NCBI GenBank assembly: GCA_963823665.1
Contig: CAWGMQ010000010.1
Span: 736,001-800,000, forward strand
DNA: 64,000 bases
Direction: 5' to 3'
From: an uncultured Planctomycetota bacterium
GTDB lineage: Bacteria; Planctomycetota; Planctomycetia; Isosphaerales; Isosphaeraceae
Position numbers and translations under genes: made by a program. Positions 24,371-34,787 of the stretch are shown piece after piece; the stretch's first letter is position 1, and each line of letters opens with the position of its first letter. The notes below the pieces were generated by a model. The model was not told where the DNA came from. It made no database searches and saw nothing but the letters and a program-made list of their open reading frames with translations.

Positions 24371-27300
24371 ATGTCTGCGTCACGCCGTAGGGTGGAGGGT
24401 GCTCGTAGTCGACTTCGGAAATCGTCCGGCATGGGGCGAGCCGGTCGAGTGCGATCGCCGTGGGTGGAAACGCTTGAAGATCGGCGGTTGCTCGCGGGGC
24501 TGCAATTCACCGGGGCGCTGGGCGAGCAATCGACACTCGACTCGGTGGTCCAGACCGAGAATGAGGTGGCGAATCTGAACACGCCGGCGTCACAGCAATT
24601 CACGCACAATGATGGCACGGCGTACTCCAACGTAACGTTGACGACTGCGGCCTCCACGACAGGCAATCCTGGCGTAAACCTCGACATCCAGTCGCAGGGA
24701 GGCGTTCGGAAGAACGGCATCGCGAGCGTATCGGTGAACTCGGGTCTGACAGACGCGAGCGGCGCGATCGGGCCGACCATCAATGTTCCGGTCACGATCG
24801 TGGCGACTGATCCCGACGAAGAAACGGGCGACCCGGTTACCGTGCAGTTCGCCTTTGTCTTCAACGTCAAGACATTAGCCTCAAATAACGCTACGGCGAG
24901 TTTCACATACGCCGCGAGCTATACTTACAACGGGACGACCACGCCTCTCGCCTCACAGGTTGACAATCTGGGCGGCAGCGGAATCACGCCGATCGGGTCG
25001 GGACCGACGGATGACGAGACGGGAACCCTTGATGCCAAGATCGGCGATTCCTTCACGCTTTCGTTTTCGGAGAGCCTCGGCGGGCAGACCATAGCGCCGT
25101 TTCTCGGCGCGGGCGTTAATAATGTGGGATGGCTCGTTGATATGAACCTGGATGTGAGCCTCGTGCCCGAGCCGACGATCGTTCCAACATCCGTTTCATG
25201 GGATCACTCGTCCACCGCCGGTATTGACTTCGACTACGGTGTCAGCGGCGAACCGACGACCTCGCCCACTCCGTTCGCGCTTTACTGGGCAAGTGGCGAG
25301 AATTACCCGAGCGATGTGGTAGGATCGCCCATAAACCTCGTCCCAACTGTGAATACGATCCCGGCTGGACAAGTCGCCCAGGCCGCGCCTTACGGACCGA
25401 TCCACGTGGTTGGGTCGGTGTTGACCGGCGCGCCCGCGGACGCCAATTACCTGCTCGTCGTGATTGATCCGGACAACACGCTCGGGACGTTCGACCCGAC
25501 AGCCAACACAAAGGCCCTCGAGATCGATCAGGATGTTCCACTTGTGCTTCAGTACCAGGGCGCCTGGGCCAATCCCGATCAGCCAACATACATGGACGAT
25601 ACCGGTCATACGGTCCGGGGTTCGGGCTGCGGCTTGACGTCGCTTGTGATGGCCCTCGACTTCGCGGGCGTACAAACGGATCCGGGCACGCTCAACAGTG
25701 AATTGACCGGCACCAACGGCTACGTCGGCGACGCTCAGTTGAACTGGGGGCCGGCGACTTCGATCGCGGCTTCAGCGGCCGGGTCTTCCGGCGCGGCCAT
25801 CCACTGGAACACTGCATGGGGCATGACGAGCGATCAAGATTTACGCAATCTACTCACGACGACATCCGAACCGATCATCGTACATGTTTACAACCCACAT
25901 GCGCCGGACGCCACGCACCCGAACACATGGTACACGAATCACTTTGTCCTGGTCACGGGAATTGATGGTGACACGTTCTGGATCAACGATCCGGCGGGCA
26001 ACTCAGAAACCCTCGATTACTACGGCGATGACTTCGAGACCCGCGGCTATGTGTCGGATCCGACCAGCGACTTGAGCGCGCTTTATGTCGCAGCCGCGTC
26101 CACGGGCACGGGAGTGAATCTGGCCGTCGGCGACGCGCAGGGCCTGGTTACGGGAATTCCGTCCGGAGGGACGCAGCCTCTCAACCAGATTCCGAATGCG
26201 GTTTACTTCACCGAAGGGCCGCTGGAAGATCTCACGGGGGAAGACCCTGGCACAACCGGGGCGCAGTTCGTGTATATCTCGCAACCTGGGACGGGGACGT
26301 TCGAGATCCAGGGAAGCGGGACAACAGGACAGTCGCAGGTAGAATTTGCTGGCGTCGCGACCAACGGCGCGATCCAGTCGCAGCAGTCTTTATCCCTTCA
26401 AAGTGCCGATGGCAACCCATTTCAGCTTGCTGTGGACGTCGGCCCAACCTATAGCGTCGCGGCCAGTAACGCCCCGCTTGCCGCGAGCTTCTCCACCGTC
26501 TCCGCCAGCGGAACTCGTGCCGGCACGGCGAGCCTGTCGGCAATCCTGACGTCGGACGGCTTGCCGGTGGCGGGCCGCACCGTGGATTTCACGCTTGACG
26601 AGGGGGGGGTTATCACGCTAATCGGCTCAGCCGTGACCGATATGGGCGGCGCTGCGACAATGACAGGCGGGAGCCTGGCCGGCTTCAATGTCGGCATTTT
26701 CGCGGATGACGTCGAGGCCAGCTTCGCCGGCGACGCGACGTACGAGAGCGCCAGCGCCTCAGGTGCGCTCACCGTCTTGCCCCAGGCCGTTGATCAACTC
26801 GCGCTCTGCTCCTCGGCGAATCCCAGCCTTCCCGGCGAGCTGATGACCTTTGGCGTGCTGGCCATCCCGTTAAGCGGTGGTCTGACGCCGACCGGTACAA
26901 TCCAGTTCCAGATCGACGGCAACGACTTCGGGTCGCCTGTTCCACTATCAGGGGGCGCCGCCACCAGCGGGCTCGTCACGTCGCTTTCGGTCGGCTCGCA
27001 TTCGATCGCAGCCATTTACTCCGGCGACTCCACCTACCCCAGCAGCACGGCGACGCTCACGCAAACAGTTGAGAGCCCGGCCGCGGTAACGGGCCGCGTC
27101 TACACGGTCACTTCGCTGGGCGACACGGGGACCGGCTCAGGAACATCGGGCGACCTTCGCTTCGCGATCACCCAGGCCAACGCCAACCCCGGCAGCGTGA
27201 TCGATTTCAGTGTCATGGGGACGATTCAACTGGCGCAGGCCCTACCGGACGTCGACGCCAACATGACCATCAACGGCCCCGGGGCGTCTCTGGTTACGCT

Positions 27301-30300
27301 AAAGGGCGGCGGCGCCTCATCGAACTTCAGCGGCCTGCTCGTGGATCGCGGGGTGACGGCCACGCTCTCCGGCCTGACCATCACAGGCGCAAACGCGACC
27401 TACGGTGGCGGCATTGATGACGCTGGCACGTTGACTCTCTCCGACGCCACCGTGTCCGGCAACTCCGCGACGTCCGAAGGCGCAGGAATCAACATGGCTG
27501 GATACGAGGAAACGTTGACGCTGTCCGACTGCACCATCTCTGACAACACGATCGCCACGAACGGTGCCGGCGGCGGAGTCAAGGGGTCCGGCGCTGGGGT
27601 GACGGTGACGGACAGCGTCATTTCTGGAAACTCTTGCGGCGAGGGCGGAGGCTTTATCACGAGCCAGGGCACCTCGCTGACGATATCCTACAGCCTGATT
27701 TCCCAGAACACGGCCGAGGAAGGAGTCGGCGGCGGCATCGCGGGTTCGCCGACGCTCTTGGACTGCTCGTTGACCGGCAACACAGCCGTGCAAGGCGGAG
27801 CCATCGATGGTGGCACGGCGAGCTTGACGAACTGCACCTTGTCGGGAAACAGCACCATCTTTCCGGGGAACAGCAGGGCGGGAGGCCCTGGTGGCGCCCT
27901 CCACATGAGCGGCGGAACGCTGACCGACTGCACCTTCCTCGATAACTCAGTAGGAACCAACGAGAATGGCGGGGCCATCAACGGCGGCGCATGGACGATC
28001 GACGGTTGTGCCTTCATGGGCAACACGTCGGAATCCGGCGGCGGCGCCATATGGACGGAGAGCCCGATGTCCCTCACCGACTGTGCAATCACGGGGAACT
28101 CGGCCGTCAACGGCGGCGGCATTTTCAGCGGTGCCGGCCAGAGCTTTAACGGATACAAGGGCTACGTGACCCCGGGCGCTTTTTCGCTCACCGACTGCAT
28201 CATCGCCGGAAACTCGGCCACGGCCTCCGGAGGCGGCATCTTCAACATCGGCGGGATGACGCTGACCAATTGCACCGTCTCCGGCAATTCGGCCGCCAAC
28301 GGCGGCGGCATCGCCGATATTTCCTTATACCATCCACCCCCTGTGCCTTATCCGTTTCCCGTTGAATCGGCGCTCGTCGATTGCACTGTCTCTGGGAACT
28401 CGGCCACGTCCGACGGTGGCGGCATCCTGAACCAGGGGACGTTGACACTCACCGACAGCACCGTCTCCGGTAACTCGGCCGCTCTAGGCGGCGGCATCTT
28501 CAACGCGATTTACCCCGTCGCCCCTGACCAGACAACAACCATCACCGGAACTTCCGTCACGGCAAACACAGCCACGAAGTACGGCGGTGGCATCATGAAC
28601 GAGGGGACGCTCGCAGTGACGAGCTGCACCATTTCCGGCAACACGGCGACTCAAGACGGCGGTGGGCTGGCCAACCTGTCCCTGTTTTTCTTCTACCCCG
28701 GCGGCGGCGCGCCATCGAGCGCGCCCGCTGCGGCAGCCGTTGCCGACAGCACCCTCTATGGCAACACCAGCCTTTCCGGAGGCGCCGTCGTCAATGAGGA
28801 CGCCAAGCTGACCCTGACGAACGCCACCATCACTGGCAACCGCACTACCGACAGTGGGCCTTACGGCGCCGCTCTCGAAACAATCAAGTACCCCGGTGAT
28901 ATCCTGATTACCAACACCCTGATCGCCGGAAACACCAAGGGCGCCAGCCCAAGCACGACGCCCGGCGACGTGGCAGGCACACTCGATGCGAAGAGCTCCA
29001 ACAACCTGATCGGCGACGGCGATCTCTTGAGCGGCATCAGCAATCAATCCCAGGGCAACCAGATCGGCTCCGCGAGCGCCGGCACGGTCATCGACCCCAC
29101 GCTGGGAGCGCTCGGCAACAACGGCGGCCCGACGGAGACCGTCCCTCTGCTTGCCGGCAGCACCGCGATCAACGCCGGGAACAATTTGCTTGCCATCGAT
29201 CCCACGACGCAACAAACACTTACCTGGGACCAGCGTGGTCCAGGCTACGCGCGGATCGTCGGAGGCACCGTCGACATCGGGGCATTCGAATACGGGGCAG
29301 TTCTGATAACCCCGAAGCAGTTGGTCGCGACTCCCACGGCCCCCGCTTCGGTCATAGCCGGTGCGACGTTCAGCTTGACCGTCACAGCCGAAGACTCAAG
29401 CGGCAACACGGCCCTCGCGTTTGATGCCCCCGTCACCGTAGCGATCACCAACGGGCCCACCGGCGCGACGCTGGGTGGCAATCCCACCGCGACCGCCTCG
29501 CTGGGCGTGGCGAAGCTCACCGGCTTGAGCTTCAGTCAGCTCGGCTCGTACACACTCTCCGTCTCCGGCGGTGGACTATCCGGCTCGATCGGTCCGATCC
29601 AGGTCACGGCCGGTTCGGCCGTCCAGCTTGTGCTCACAACCGACCCACCGAGTCAGGTGTTTGCCAATGAGAGCTTTCAAGTCGTCGTCGCGGCCGAAGA
29701 TTCCTTGGGGTTCGTCAACACGTCCTACACAGGCACCGCGACGGTGGCCTTGATCAGCAACCCCGGGCCTGCCGCACTTGGCGGCATGCTGAGCGCTCCG
29801 TTTAACGCCGGTGTCGCCACGTTCAATCCGCTGACGTTGAACTTCGCGGATGACGGCTATATCTTGCAGATCACGAGCGGCACTCTCGTCCCGGCGACGA
29901 GCGGCGACGTCGACGTCACGGCCCAGCCGGTTTTGCCACTGGTTCCAGACGCACCCGTGCTGGCGCCGCAGAGCGACACCGGCGTGGGTAGCTCCGATGG
30001 ACTGACGCGAGATAATGGCTCGAGCGCGGCGCCGCTCTATTTCACCGTCTCCGGCGTCAACCCCGCCAACAGCTTCGTCCAGATTTACAACGATAGCAAT
30101 CCCGGCGACCCGGTCCCGCTCGGCAGTCGCGTCGCGGCCGTGGGCAGCGCCGCCACGATCACCCTGAGCGGTGCAGCTCTGCCGGATGGCACCTATCAGA
30201 TTGCCGACGCCGCGTCATTAACTTCCGGAGGGGCGCTGAGCGCCCTGTCGGGTACGACCGCGATAACGATCCAGTCGAGCCTGACCATCACCGCCACCAA

Positions 30301-31264
30301 CCCGGCCGACGGTGCGTCCGTAACGGCTCTTCCCGACGGCCAGGTGTCCGTGACCTTCAGCCACGCGCTGGCCGGCCTGACGGACGGCGGACCCGCACTT
30401 TCGACCAGCGATCCGACCGCGCTCGAGCTTACCACGCAAGGCGGAAACTCGCTGACGATCACCACGCTCTACCGCGTGAATGCCGACGACACTTCCACCG
30501 TCGTGTTGACCCCGATTTCTCCTCCGCTCCCCGGCGTGCTGTCGCTCGTGGTCGACCCCACCGCATTCAGCGACCTGGCCGGGAACCCGCTCAGCGCGCC
30601 GAATGGCGACAGATTCGTATTCACGATCACCGGCCCGCAGGCCGCCCCTGTGACGATCAATCCCATCCCGAGTCAAATGGTCGCACCGGGGGGCAACCTC
30701 AGCGTTTTAGTCACGTCGACCGGCTCCGGCTCGGGCCGAACACTACTCTACAGCTTGGGTTCAGCCGCCCCCGTAGGCACACTGATCGACCCGCAGTCCG
30801 GCCTCTTCACCTGGAGCCCGAGCCTGGCTCAGGCCGGCCGCACGTATAGCTTCACGGTAACGGTGGCCGTTCAGGGCGACCCGGCCGTTTTCGACTCGAC
30901 TTTACTCTCCATCACCGTGCTGTCGCCACCGAAAGTCGTGAGCGTCAATCCGACCTCGCTTCGCAAGCGCCGCGTGAACGAAGGGACGATCTCGATCAGC
31001 CTCACGTTTAACCAGGCGATGGCCCCATCGGCTAGCACCCGAAGCTTCTATTCCTTGGGAATTCTGACGAAGGTTCATACTCGCAAGGGGACGAGCATCA
31101 AGCTCGTCCCCGTGCGATTTACAACACGTTCCACCGGTGGCAACACGGTCACCCTGACGCTCGCGAAACCGTCCAAGCAGCACCTCACATTGACCGTTCT
31201 CAGCGGTGTCCCTGCAGCAAACGGTTTGATCCTTGGCCCGGCTGAGCCGTTCGAGGTGCAATGA
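24371..31264 (+). CDS. Giant secreted/surface protein: C39-like peptidase, Ig-like domains, GG(G/A)I beta-helix repeats, choice-of-anchor-Q-like segment
   Basis: ETLEDRRLLA export motif; GCGLTSLVMAL..HFVLVTG..INDP; HSIAAIYSGD; many SGNSA..GGGI repeats; LGNNGGPTET..DQRG..DIGAFE. Confidence 0.9.
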   Translation: MSASRRRVEGARSRLRKSSGMGRAGRVRSPWVETLEDRRLLAGLQFTGALGEQSTLDSVVQTENEVANLNTPASQQFTHNDGTAYSNVTLTTAASTTGNPGVNLDIQSQGGVRKNGIASVSVNSGLTDASGAIGPTINVPVTIVATDPDEETGDPVTVQFAFVFNVKTLASNNATASFTYAASYTYNGTTTPLASQVDNLGGSGITPIGSGPTDDETGTLDAKIGDSFTLSFSESLGGQTIAPFLGAGVNNVGWLVDMNLDVSLVPEPTIVPTSVSWDHSSTAGIDFDYGVSGEPTTSPTPFALYWASGENYPSDVVGSPINLVPTVNTIPAGQVAQAAPYGPIHVVGSVLTGAPADANYLLVVIDPDNTLGTFDPTANTKALEIDQDVPLVLQYQGAWANPDQPTYMDDTGHTVRGSGCGLTSLVMALDFAGVQTDPGTLNSELTGTNGYVGDAQLNWGPATSIAASAAGSSGAAIHWNTAWGMTSDQDLRNLLTTTSEPIIVHVYNPHAPDATHPNTWYTNHFVLVTGIDGDTFWINDPAGNSETLDYYGDDFETRGYVSDPTSDLSALYVAAASTGTGVNLAVGDAQGLVTGIPSGGTQPLNQIPNAVYFTEGPLEDLTGEDPGTTGAQFVYISQPGTGTFEIQGSGTTGQSQVEFAGVATNGAIQSQQSLSLQSADGNPFQLAVDVGPTYSVAASNAPLAASFSTVSASGTRAGTASLSAILTSDGLPVAGRTVDFTLDEGGVITLIGSAVTDMGGAATMTGGSLAGFNVGIFADDVEASFAGDATYESASASGALTVLPQAVDQLALCSSANPSLPGELMTFGVLAIPLSGGLTPTGTIQFQIDGNDFGSPVPLSGGAATSGLVTSLSVGSHSIAAIYSGDSTYPSSTATLTQTVESPAAVTGRVYTVTSLGDTGTGSGTSGDLRFAITQANANPGSVIDFSVMGTIQLAQALPDVDANMTINGPGASLVTLKGGGASSNFSGLLVDRGVTATLSGLTITGANATYGGGIDDAGTLTLSDATVSGNSATSEGAGINMAGYEETLTLSDCTISDNTIATNGAGGGVKGSGAGVTVTDSVISGNSCGEGGGFITSQGTSLTISYSLISQNTAEEGVGGGIAGSPTLLDCSLTGNTAVQGGAIDGGTASLTNCTLSGNSTIFPGNSRAGGPGGALHMSGGTLTDCTFLDNSVGTNENGGAINGGAWTIDGCAFMGNTSESGGGAIWTESPMSLTDCAITGNSAVNGGGIFSGAGQSFNGYKGYVTPGAFSLTDCIIAGNSATASGGGIFNIGGMTLTNCTVSGNSAANGGGIADISLYHPPPVPYPFPVESALVDCTVSGNSATSDGGGILNQGTLTLTDSTVSGNSAALGGGIFNAIYPVAPDQTTTITGTSVTANTATKYGGGIMNEGTLAVTSCTISGNTATQDGGGLANLSLFFFYPGGGAPSSAPAAAAVADSTLYGNTSLSGGAVVNEDAKLTLTNATITGNRTTDSGPYGAALETIKYPGDILITNTLIAGNTKGASPSTTPGDVAGTLDAKSSNNLIGDGDLLSGISNQSQGNQIGSASAGTVIDPTLGALGNNGGPTETVPLLAGSTAINAGNNLLAIDPTTQQTLTWDQRGPGYARIVGGTVDIGAFEYGAVLITPKQLVATPTAPASVIAGATFSLTVTAEDSSGNTALAFDAPVTVAITNGPTGATLGGNPTATASLGVAKLTGLSFSQLGSYTLSVSGGGLSGSIGPIQVTAGSAVQLVLTTDPPSQVFANESFQVVVAAEDSLGFVNTSYTGTATVALISNPGPAALGGMLSAPFNAGVATFNPLTLNFADDGYILQITSGTLVPATSGDVDVTAQPVLPLVPDAPVLAPQSDTGVGSSDGLTRDNGSSAAPLYFTVSGVNPANSFVQIYNDSNPGDPVPLGSRVAAVGSAATITLSGAALPDGTYQIADAASLTSGGALSALSGTTAITIQSSLTITATNPADGASVTALPDGQVSVTFSHALAGLTDGGPALSTSDPTALELTTQGGNSLTITTLYRVNADDTSTVVLTPISPPLPGVLSLVVDPTAFSDLAGNPLSAPNGDRFVFTITGPQAAPVTINPIPSQMVAPGGNLSVLVTSTGSGSGRTLLYSLGSAAPVGTLIDPQSGLFTWSPSLAQAGRTYSFTVTVAVQGDPAVFDSTLLSITVLSPPKVVSVNPTSLRKRRVNEGTISISLTFNQAMAPSASTRSFYSLGILTKVHTRKGTSIKLVPVRFTTRSTGGNTVTLTLAKPSKQHLTLTVLSGVPAANGLILGPAEPFEVQ

Positions 31265-31280
31265 ACGGCTCTCGGTGCGA

Positions 31281-31871
31281 TCAGAATCCGGGCGCGCTCG
31301 TGAGTCGCCTAAAAATCCTGCGGCGAAGCGCCGCAAGGAAGGTCAGCGCGACACCCGAGGCCATGATCACCCACGAAGACGGCTCGGGCACGCTGCTCTG
31401 GTGGATTGTGGGTCCTGAGCCGCCGCCGGAGCCGCCGCCGCCGGGATCGTGGCCTCCCGGGCCGCCGCCGCCCGGTGGGGTGCTGTCGGACGTGTTTCCG
31501 CCGGGCGGGGTGAGCACGGTGTCGGGCACGGACGGGGGCTTTGCGAACGGATGAAGCCTGTGATAGAGGATGTCACCGTCGATCACACGCCAAAGAAAAG
31601 GGGTGTGCTTGCAGAGCAAGCGCGGGAACGTGTGTTTGGCCAGGTACGCGTCAAAGCCCTCTTCACTCGCGAGGATGCGGCCGAGCACGGGATGGTGCTC
31701 GTCAAATCGGCTGGGGTCGCTGTTGTACAAGCCCATTTCGTGCTCGTAGAGCAAGATTCGCGCGGCCTGGACCTCGGGCTTCGTGACGTGCACCGAGCCC
31801 GCGCTCGCCCGCTCGTTCGACAGAACGAACAGGGCCAGGGCCAGGAGGCCGGCCGCCGAAAATCGCCGCAT
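31281..31871 (-). CDS. PEP-CTERM sorting-domain protein
   Basis: Signal peptide, Gly/Pro linker, VPEPSSW + TM + RRR. Confidence 0.85.
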   Translation of the reverse strand: MRRFSAAGLLALALFVLSNERASAGSVHVTKPEVQAARILLYEHEMGLYNSDPSRFDEHHPVLGRILASEEGFDAYLAKHTFPRLLCKHTPFLWRVIDGDILYHRLHPFAKPPSVPDTVLTPPGGNTSDSTPPGGGGPGGHDPGGGGSGGGSGPTIHQSSVPEPSSWVIMASGVALTFLAALRRRIFRRLTSAPGF

Positions 31872-32035
31872 CGTGGTCTCGCACGTGTGGACGGGGAATG
31901 TAGCTCACGCTTCTATTTGATTGTATGCACGGCTGATGAAATGGTGACGGATGCGTGCTTGGTGAGCCACGCGTGTTGCGAAAACGCACGATTCAGGTGG
32001 GGAGTGGTGTTTTCGGACAACGAGTCAGGCGGGTT

Positions 32036-33334
32036 TCACGACGCCTCGATCCGCTTCACGAGGATGCGATCGACGCGGTTGCCATCCATGTCGACGATCT
32101 CGAACGAGTGGCCCTGCCATTCAAAGCTCTCGGCGACGCGCGGAATGCGGCCGAGCTGGGTGACGACCAGGCCGGCGAGGGTGTGAAAGTCGCCTTCGGG
32201 AAGGCTCACTAGCTCGAACAAGTCGCGGAACTCATCGAGCGCCATGCGGCCGTCAAGCAGCCACGATCCGTCCTGGCGCTGGACGGCGGCGGGCTGCTCC
32301 TGGCTCTGGAGCTTCGTGGGCATGTCGCCGACGATCGCCTGGAGTATGTCGCTCAGCGTGACCATCCCTAGCACGGTACCGAATTCGTCGAGGACCACGG
32401 CGACCCGGCTGGCCGATTTCTTGAACGTCTCGAGAGTTTTCAGGCCGCGAGTCCCTTCGTAGATGAACAGTGGCAACGTGAGACGCCCCTTGATCCGGTA
32501 GGGCTCGAGGCTGTTCTGTTCTCCCAGGAGGTCTTTGATCTGGACGATCCCGAGCAAGTTGTCGAGGCTCTGGTCGCAGACCGGGAACCGTGTGTGATGG
32601 CTGGAGATGATCTTGTTGCGGATTTCTTCCGGAGGGTCAGCGACATCGAGCCAGACGACGTCGCTCCGGGGTGTCATCAGGGCGCGCGCCCGCCTGTCGC
32701 AGAAGCGGAAGACCCGCTTGATCATCTCGTGCTCGCCTTCTTCGAAGACACCGGCCTTGGTGCCTTCCTGCAGGAGCAAGGAGACTTCCTCCTGGGTCAC
32801 GGGCGGCTCCTGAGCGGGGTGTATTCCTATCGTGCGCAGGAGGAGATCGGTCAGCCAGCTCGCGAGTCGCATCACCGGAACGGCAAGCAGCGAGAGGCCC
32901 CGGACCGGCAAGGCCAGGAGCCCCGCTGTCCGCTCCGGCCGGAGCAAGGCCAGCCGCCTGGGCATCATCTCCGAAAAGAGAATCGACGCGAGTGTGACAG
33001 CCACGACCACAATCCAAAAGATAGCGATTTGTTCCCGACCCGCCAGGCCTCCGGCACCTCCGATCACCCAGCCGAGCGCAGGCAACAGATAGTTGCCCGC
33101 ATAAACGCCAATCGCCACGCTGAGCAATGTCGCGACGAGTTGCACGGTCCACTCCAGGCCCCTGGGGTCGTTCCGCAGCAGAAGCGCGGCCGACGCGGCC
33201 CGATTTCCCTGACTCGACCAGTCGTTCAACTGCGATTTCCTGGCCGCTTCGATCGACGTTCGCGACATCGCCAGAAGACCGTTCAGCAGGATCAAGCCTA
33301 GTATGACCAGAGTTTCCACAGCGATGGCTTGCAT
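32036..33334 (-). CDS. Hemolysin-family CNNM-CBS-CorC transporter-associated protein
   Basis: LILLNGLLAMS, SEMMPRRLA, MTPRSDV, HTRFPV, VLDEFG, TLAGLV..LGRIP. Confidence 0.92.
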   Translation of the reverse strand: MQAIAVETLVILGLILLNGLLAMSRTSIEAARKSQLNDWSSQGNRAASAALLLRNDPRGLEWTVQLVATLLSVAIGVYAGNYLLPALGWVIGGAGGLAGREQIAIFWIVVVAVTLASILFSEMMPRRLALLRPERTAGLLALPVRGLSLLAVPVMRLASWLTDLLLRTIGIHPAQEPPVTQEEVSLLLQEGTKAGVFEEGEHEMIKRVFRFCDRRARALMTPRSDVVWLDVADPPEEIRNKIISSHHTRFPVCDQSLDNLLGIVQIKDLLGEQNSLEPYRIKGRLTLPLFIYEGTRGLKTLETFKKSASRVAVVLDEFGTVLGMVTLSDILQAIVGDMPTKLQSQEQPAAVQRQDGSWLLDGRMALDEFRDLFELVSLPEGDFHTLAGLVVTQLGRIPRVAESFEWQGHSFEIVDMDGNRVDRILVKRIEAS

Positions 33335-33547
33335 CACGTCGACCTCATTCGGAGACGCCTCGCCGGCGATCGTTGCCGGAACGGCGGGTGCGATCGTCGA
33401 GCGCAGGGGACCAAGGAACAGGGACCTGGTCACCCGTAGAGATTAGGGATTGCGCCGAAAGCCGGACAAGAGAGAACCGGCAGCCGGATCAAGATCGGTC
33501 ACACCTGGCGGCGGGCATCGGCCGCCAGAGCAGCGAGTGTCTACCGG

Positions 33548-33793
33548 TCAGTCGAACAGCTTACTTTCGAGGCGCTTTGCCTCGCTGACACGATCACGTA
33601 ATTTCAAGTCGTTGTGGGCATCCCAGGTGCGGCGGGCGAGTGCGACGTGGTACCCGTCACGTACGGATTCGCGCGCGGCCATGAAGATCGACGCCAGGGA
33701 AGAAGACGAAAGGTCACCGTCGTTCAGCAACTCGTCGATCAATGAATCGACGCGATCCAGAATCGTGGCGGGTGCGCCTTCAGATGATTTCAT
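33548..33793 (-). CDS. Small hypothetical protein
   Basis: 81-aa helical-looking ORF filling an otherwise intergenic space. Confidence 0.5.
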   Translation of the reverse strand: MKSSEGAPATILDRVDSLIDELLNDGDLSSSSLASIFMAARESVRDGYHVALARRTWDAHNDLKLRDRVSEAKRLESKLFD

Positions 33794-34211
33794 GGGTCGT
33801 GACGGGTCGCGCAGCGAAAACATGTACGGAAAACTCCATTTGCGAATCGCGTTTGATCATGCACCTATCGTCCCGAGTGCGTTTAGAATTGTCAAGAAAT
33901 CGTGACGATTGGGCTGAGGCGAGAGCACGTGCATGGTGGTTTTTCACAACATCGTGGGCGTTCTGCGATGATGCAAGTCATGGTGGCCGCATGCTCTAGG
34001 GCGTTTCCACGAAGCGCCGCCGGTCTGGAAAAAAGGTTGGAGCCGCGAACGGGCGCACGTTATGGTAAGCGAGGTCATCATTTCCGGCTTGCGTTGCATC
34101 TGCACGTGATCGCGTTAGTCCCGTTCCGCTACGAAGTGGTGGTTCATGGCTGCATGAGGGTCACCTGAGTTCCGGCTGAGGCGAGGCTGCCGGGAGGGGA
34201 GGTTGGGGGCG

Positions 34212-34787
34212 ATGCCGTACGTGACGTGTCCGACGTGTGGCGAACGCGGCAAGATCCCGCCCAGCCTGATTGGGGCGCGGATCAAATGCCGCAAGTGCGG
34301 GCTCGGTTTTCAAGTCGCCGCACCGGCGGCCAAGAGCGGAGGGCTTGTGAATGCCCCACCGGCTTCGCCGGGGGGCGCTTCGGTCCCTTCCGCGGTTGCC
34401 GAGCCGCTGCACGGCATCGAGGTGGAAGGGCTCGATGCTTCGTCCTGGGCGATTCCTGCGGAGACGGCTGCTTTCTTGAAGGGAGAAGCCGGGGCGCCTG
34501 CTCCGGCCGCGGCCGTGGCTACTGCCCCCGCTGAGCCGGTTGGCCGCGTAGAAAGCACGCCCGCGTTTGTCGCCGCCGACCCGGCGGCGCCCGCCGCCAA
34601 AGAATATAAGCTGCTGACCTCCCGAGACAAGATCTTCGAGGGCAAGTTCGACCTGGCCCGGCTGGAAGAAGCTCTGAATCACTATGCGAAGCACGGCTGG
34701 ACGGCCAAGACGATGCTGGCTCCGCACATGAAAAACTTCACCGGGGTGGTCGAGGAAGTGATCGTCGTGATGCTGGAGCGGGGATGA
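34212..34787 (+). CDS. Zn-ribbon plus DUF4177-like protein
   Basis: CPTC..CRKC; EYKLLT..KFDLARLEEALNHYAKHGW..MLER. Confidence 0.8.
   Translation: MPYVTCPTCGERGKIPPSLIGARIKCRKCGLGFQVAAPAAKSGGLVNAPPASPGGASVPSAVAEPLHGIEVEGLDASSWAIPAETAAFLKGEAGAPAPAAAVATAPAEPVGRVESTPAFVAADPAAPAAKEYKLLTSRDKIFEGKFDLARLEEALNHYAKHGWTAKTMLAPHMKNFTGVVEEVIVVMLERG

Noticed and set aside
27300..28900. GGCGGCGGCATC-type recurrences as a DNA repeat element
   Set aside because: Explained by the protein-level GGGI beta-helix repeats of the surface protein.
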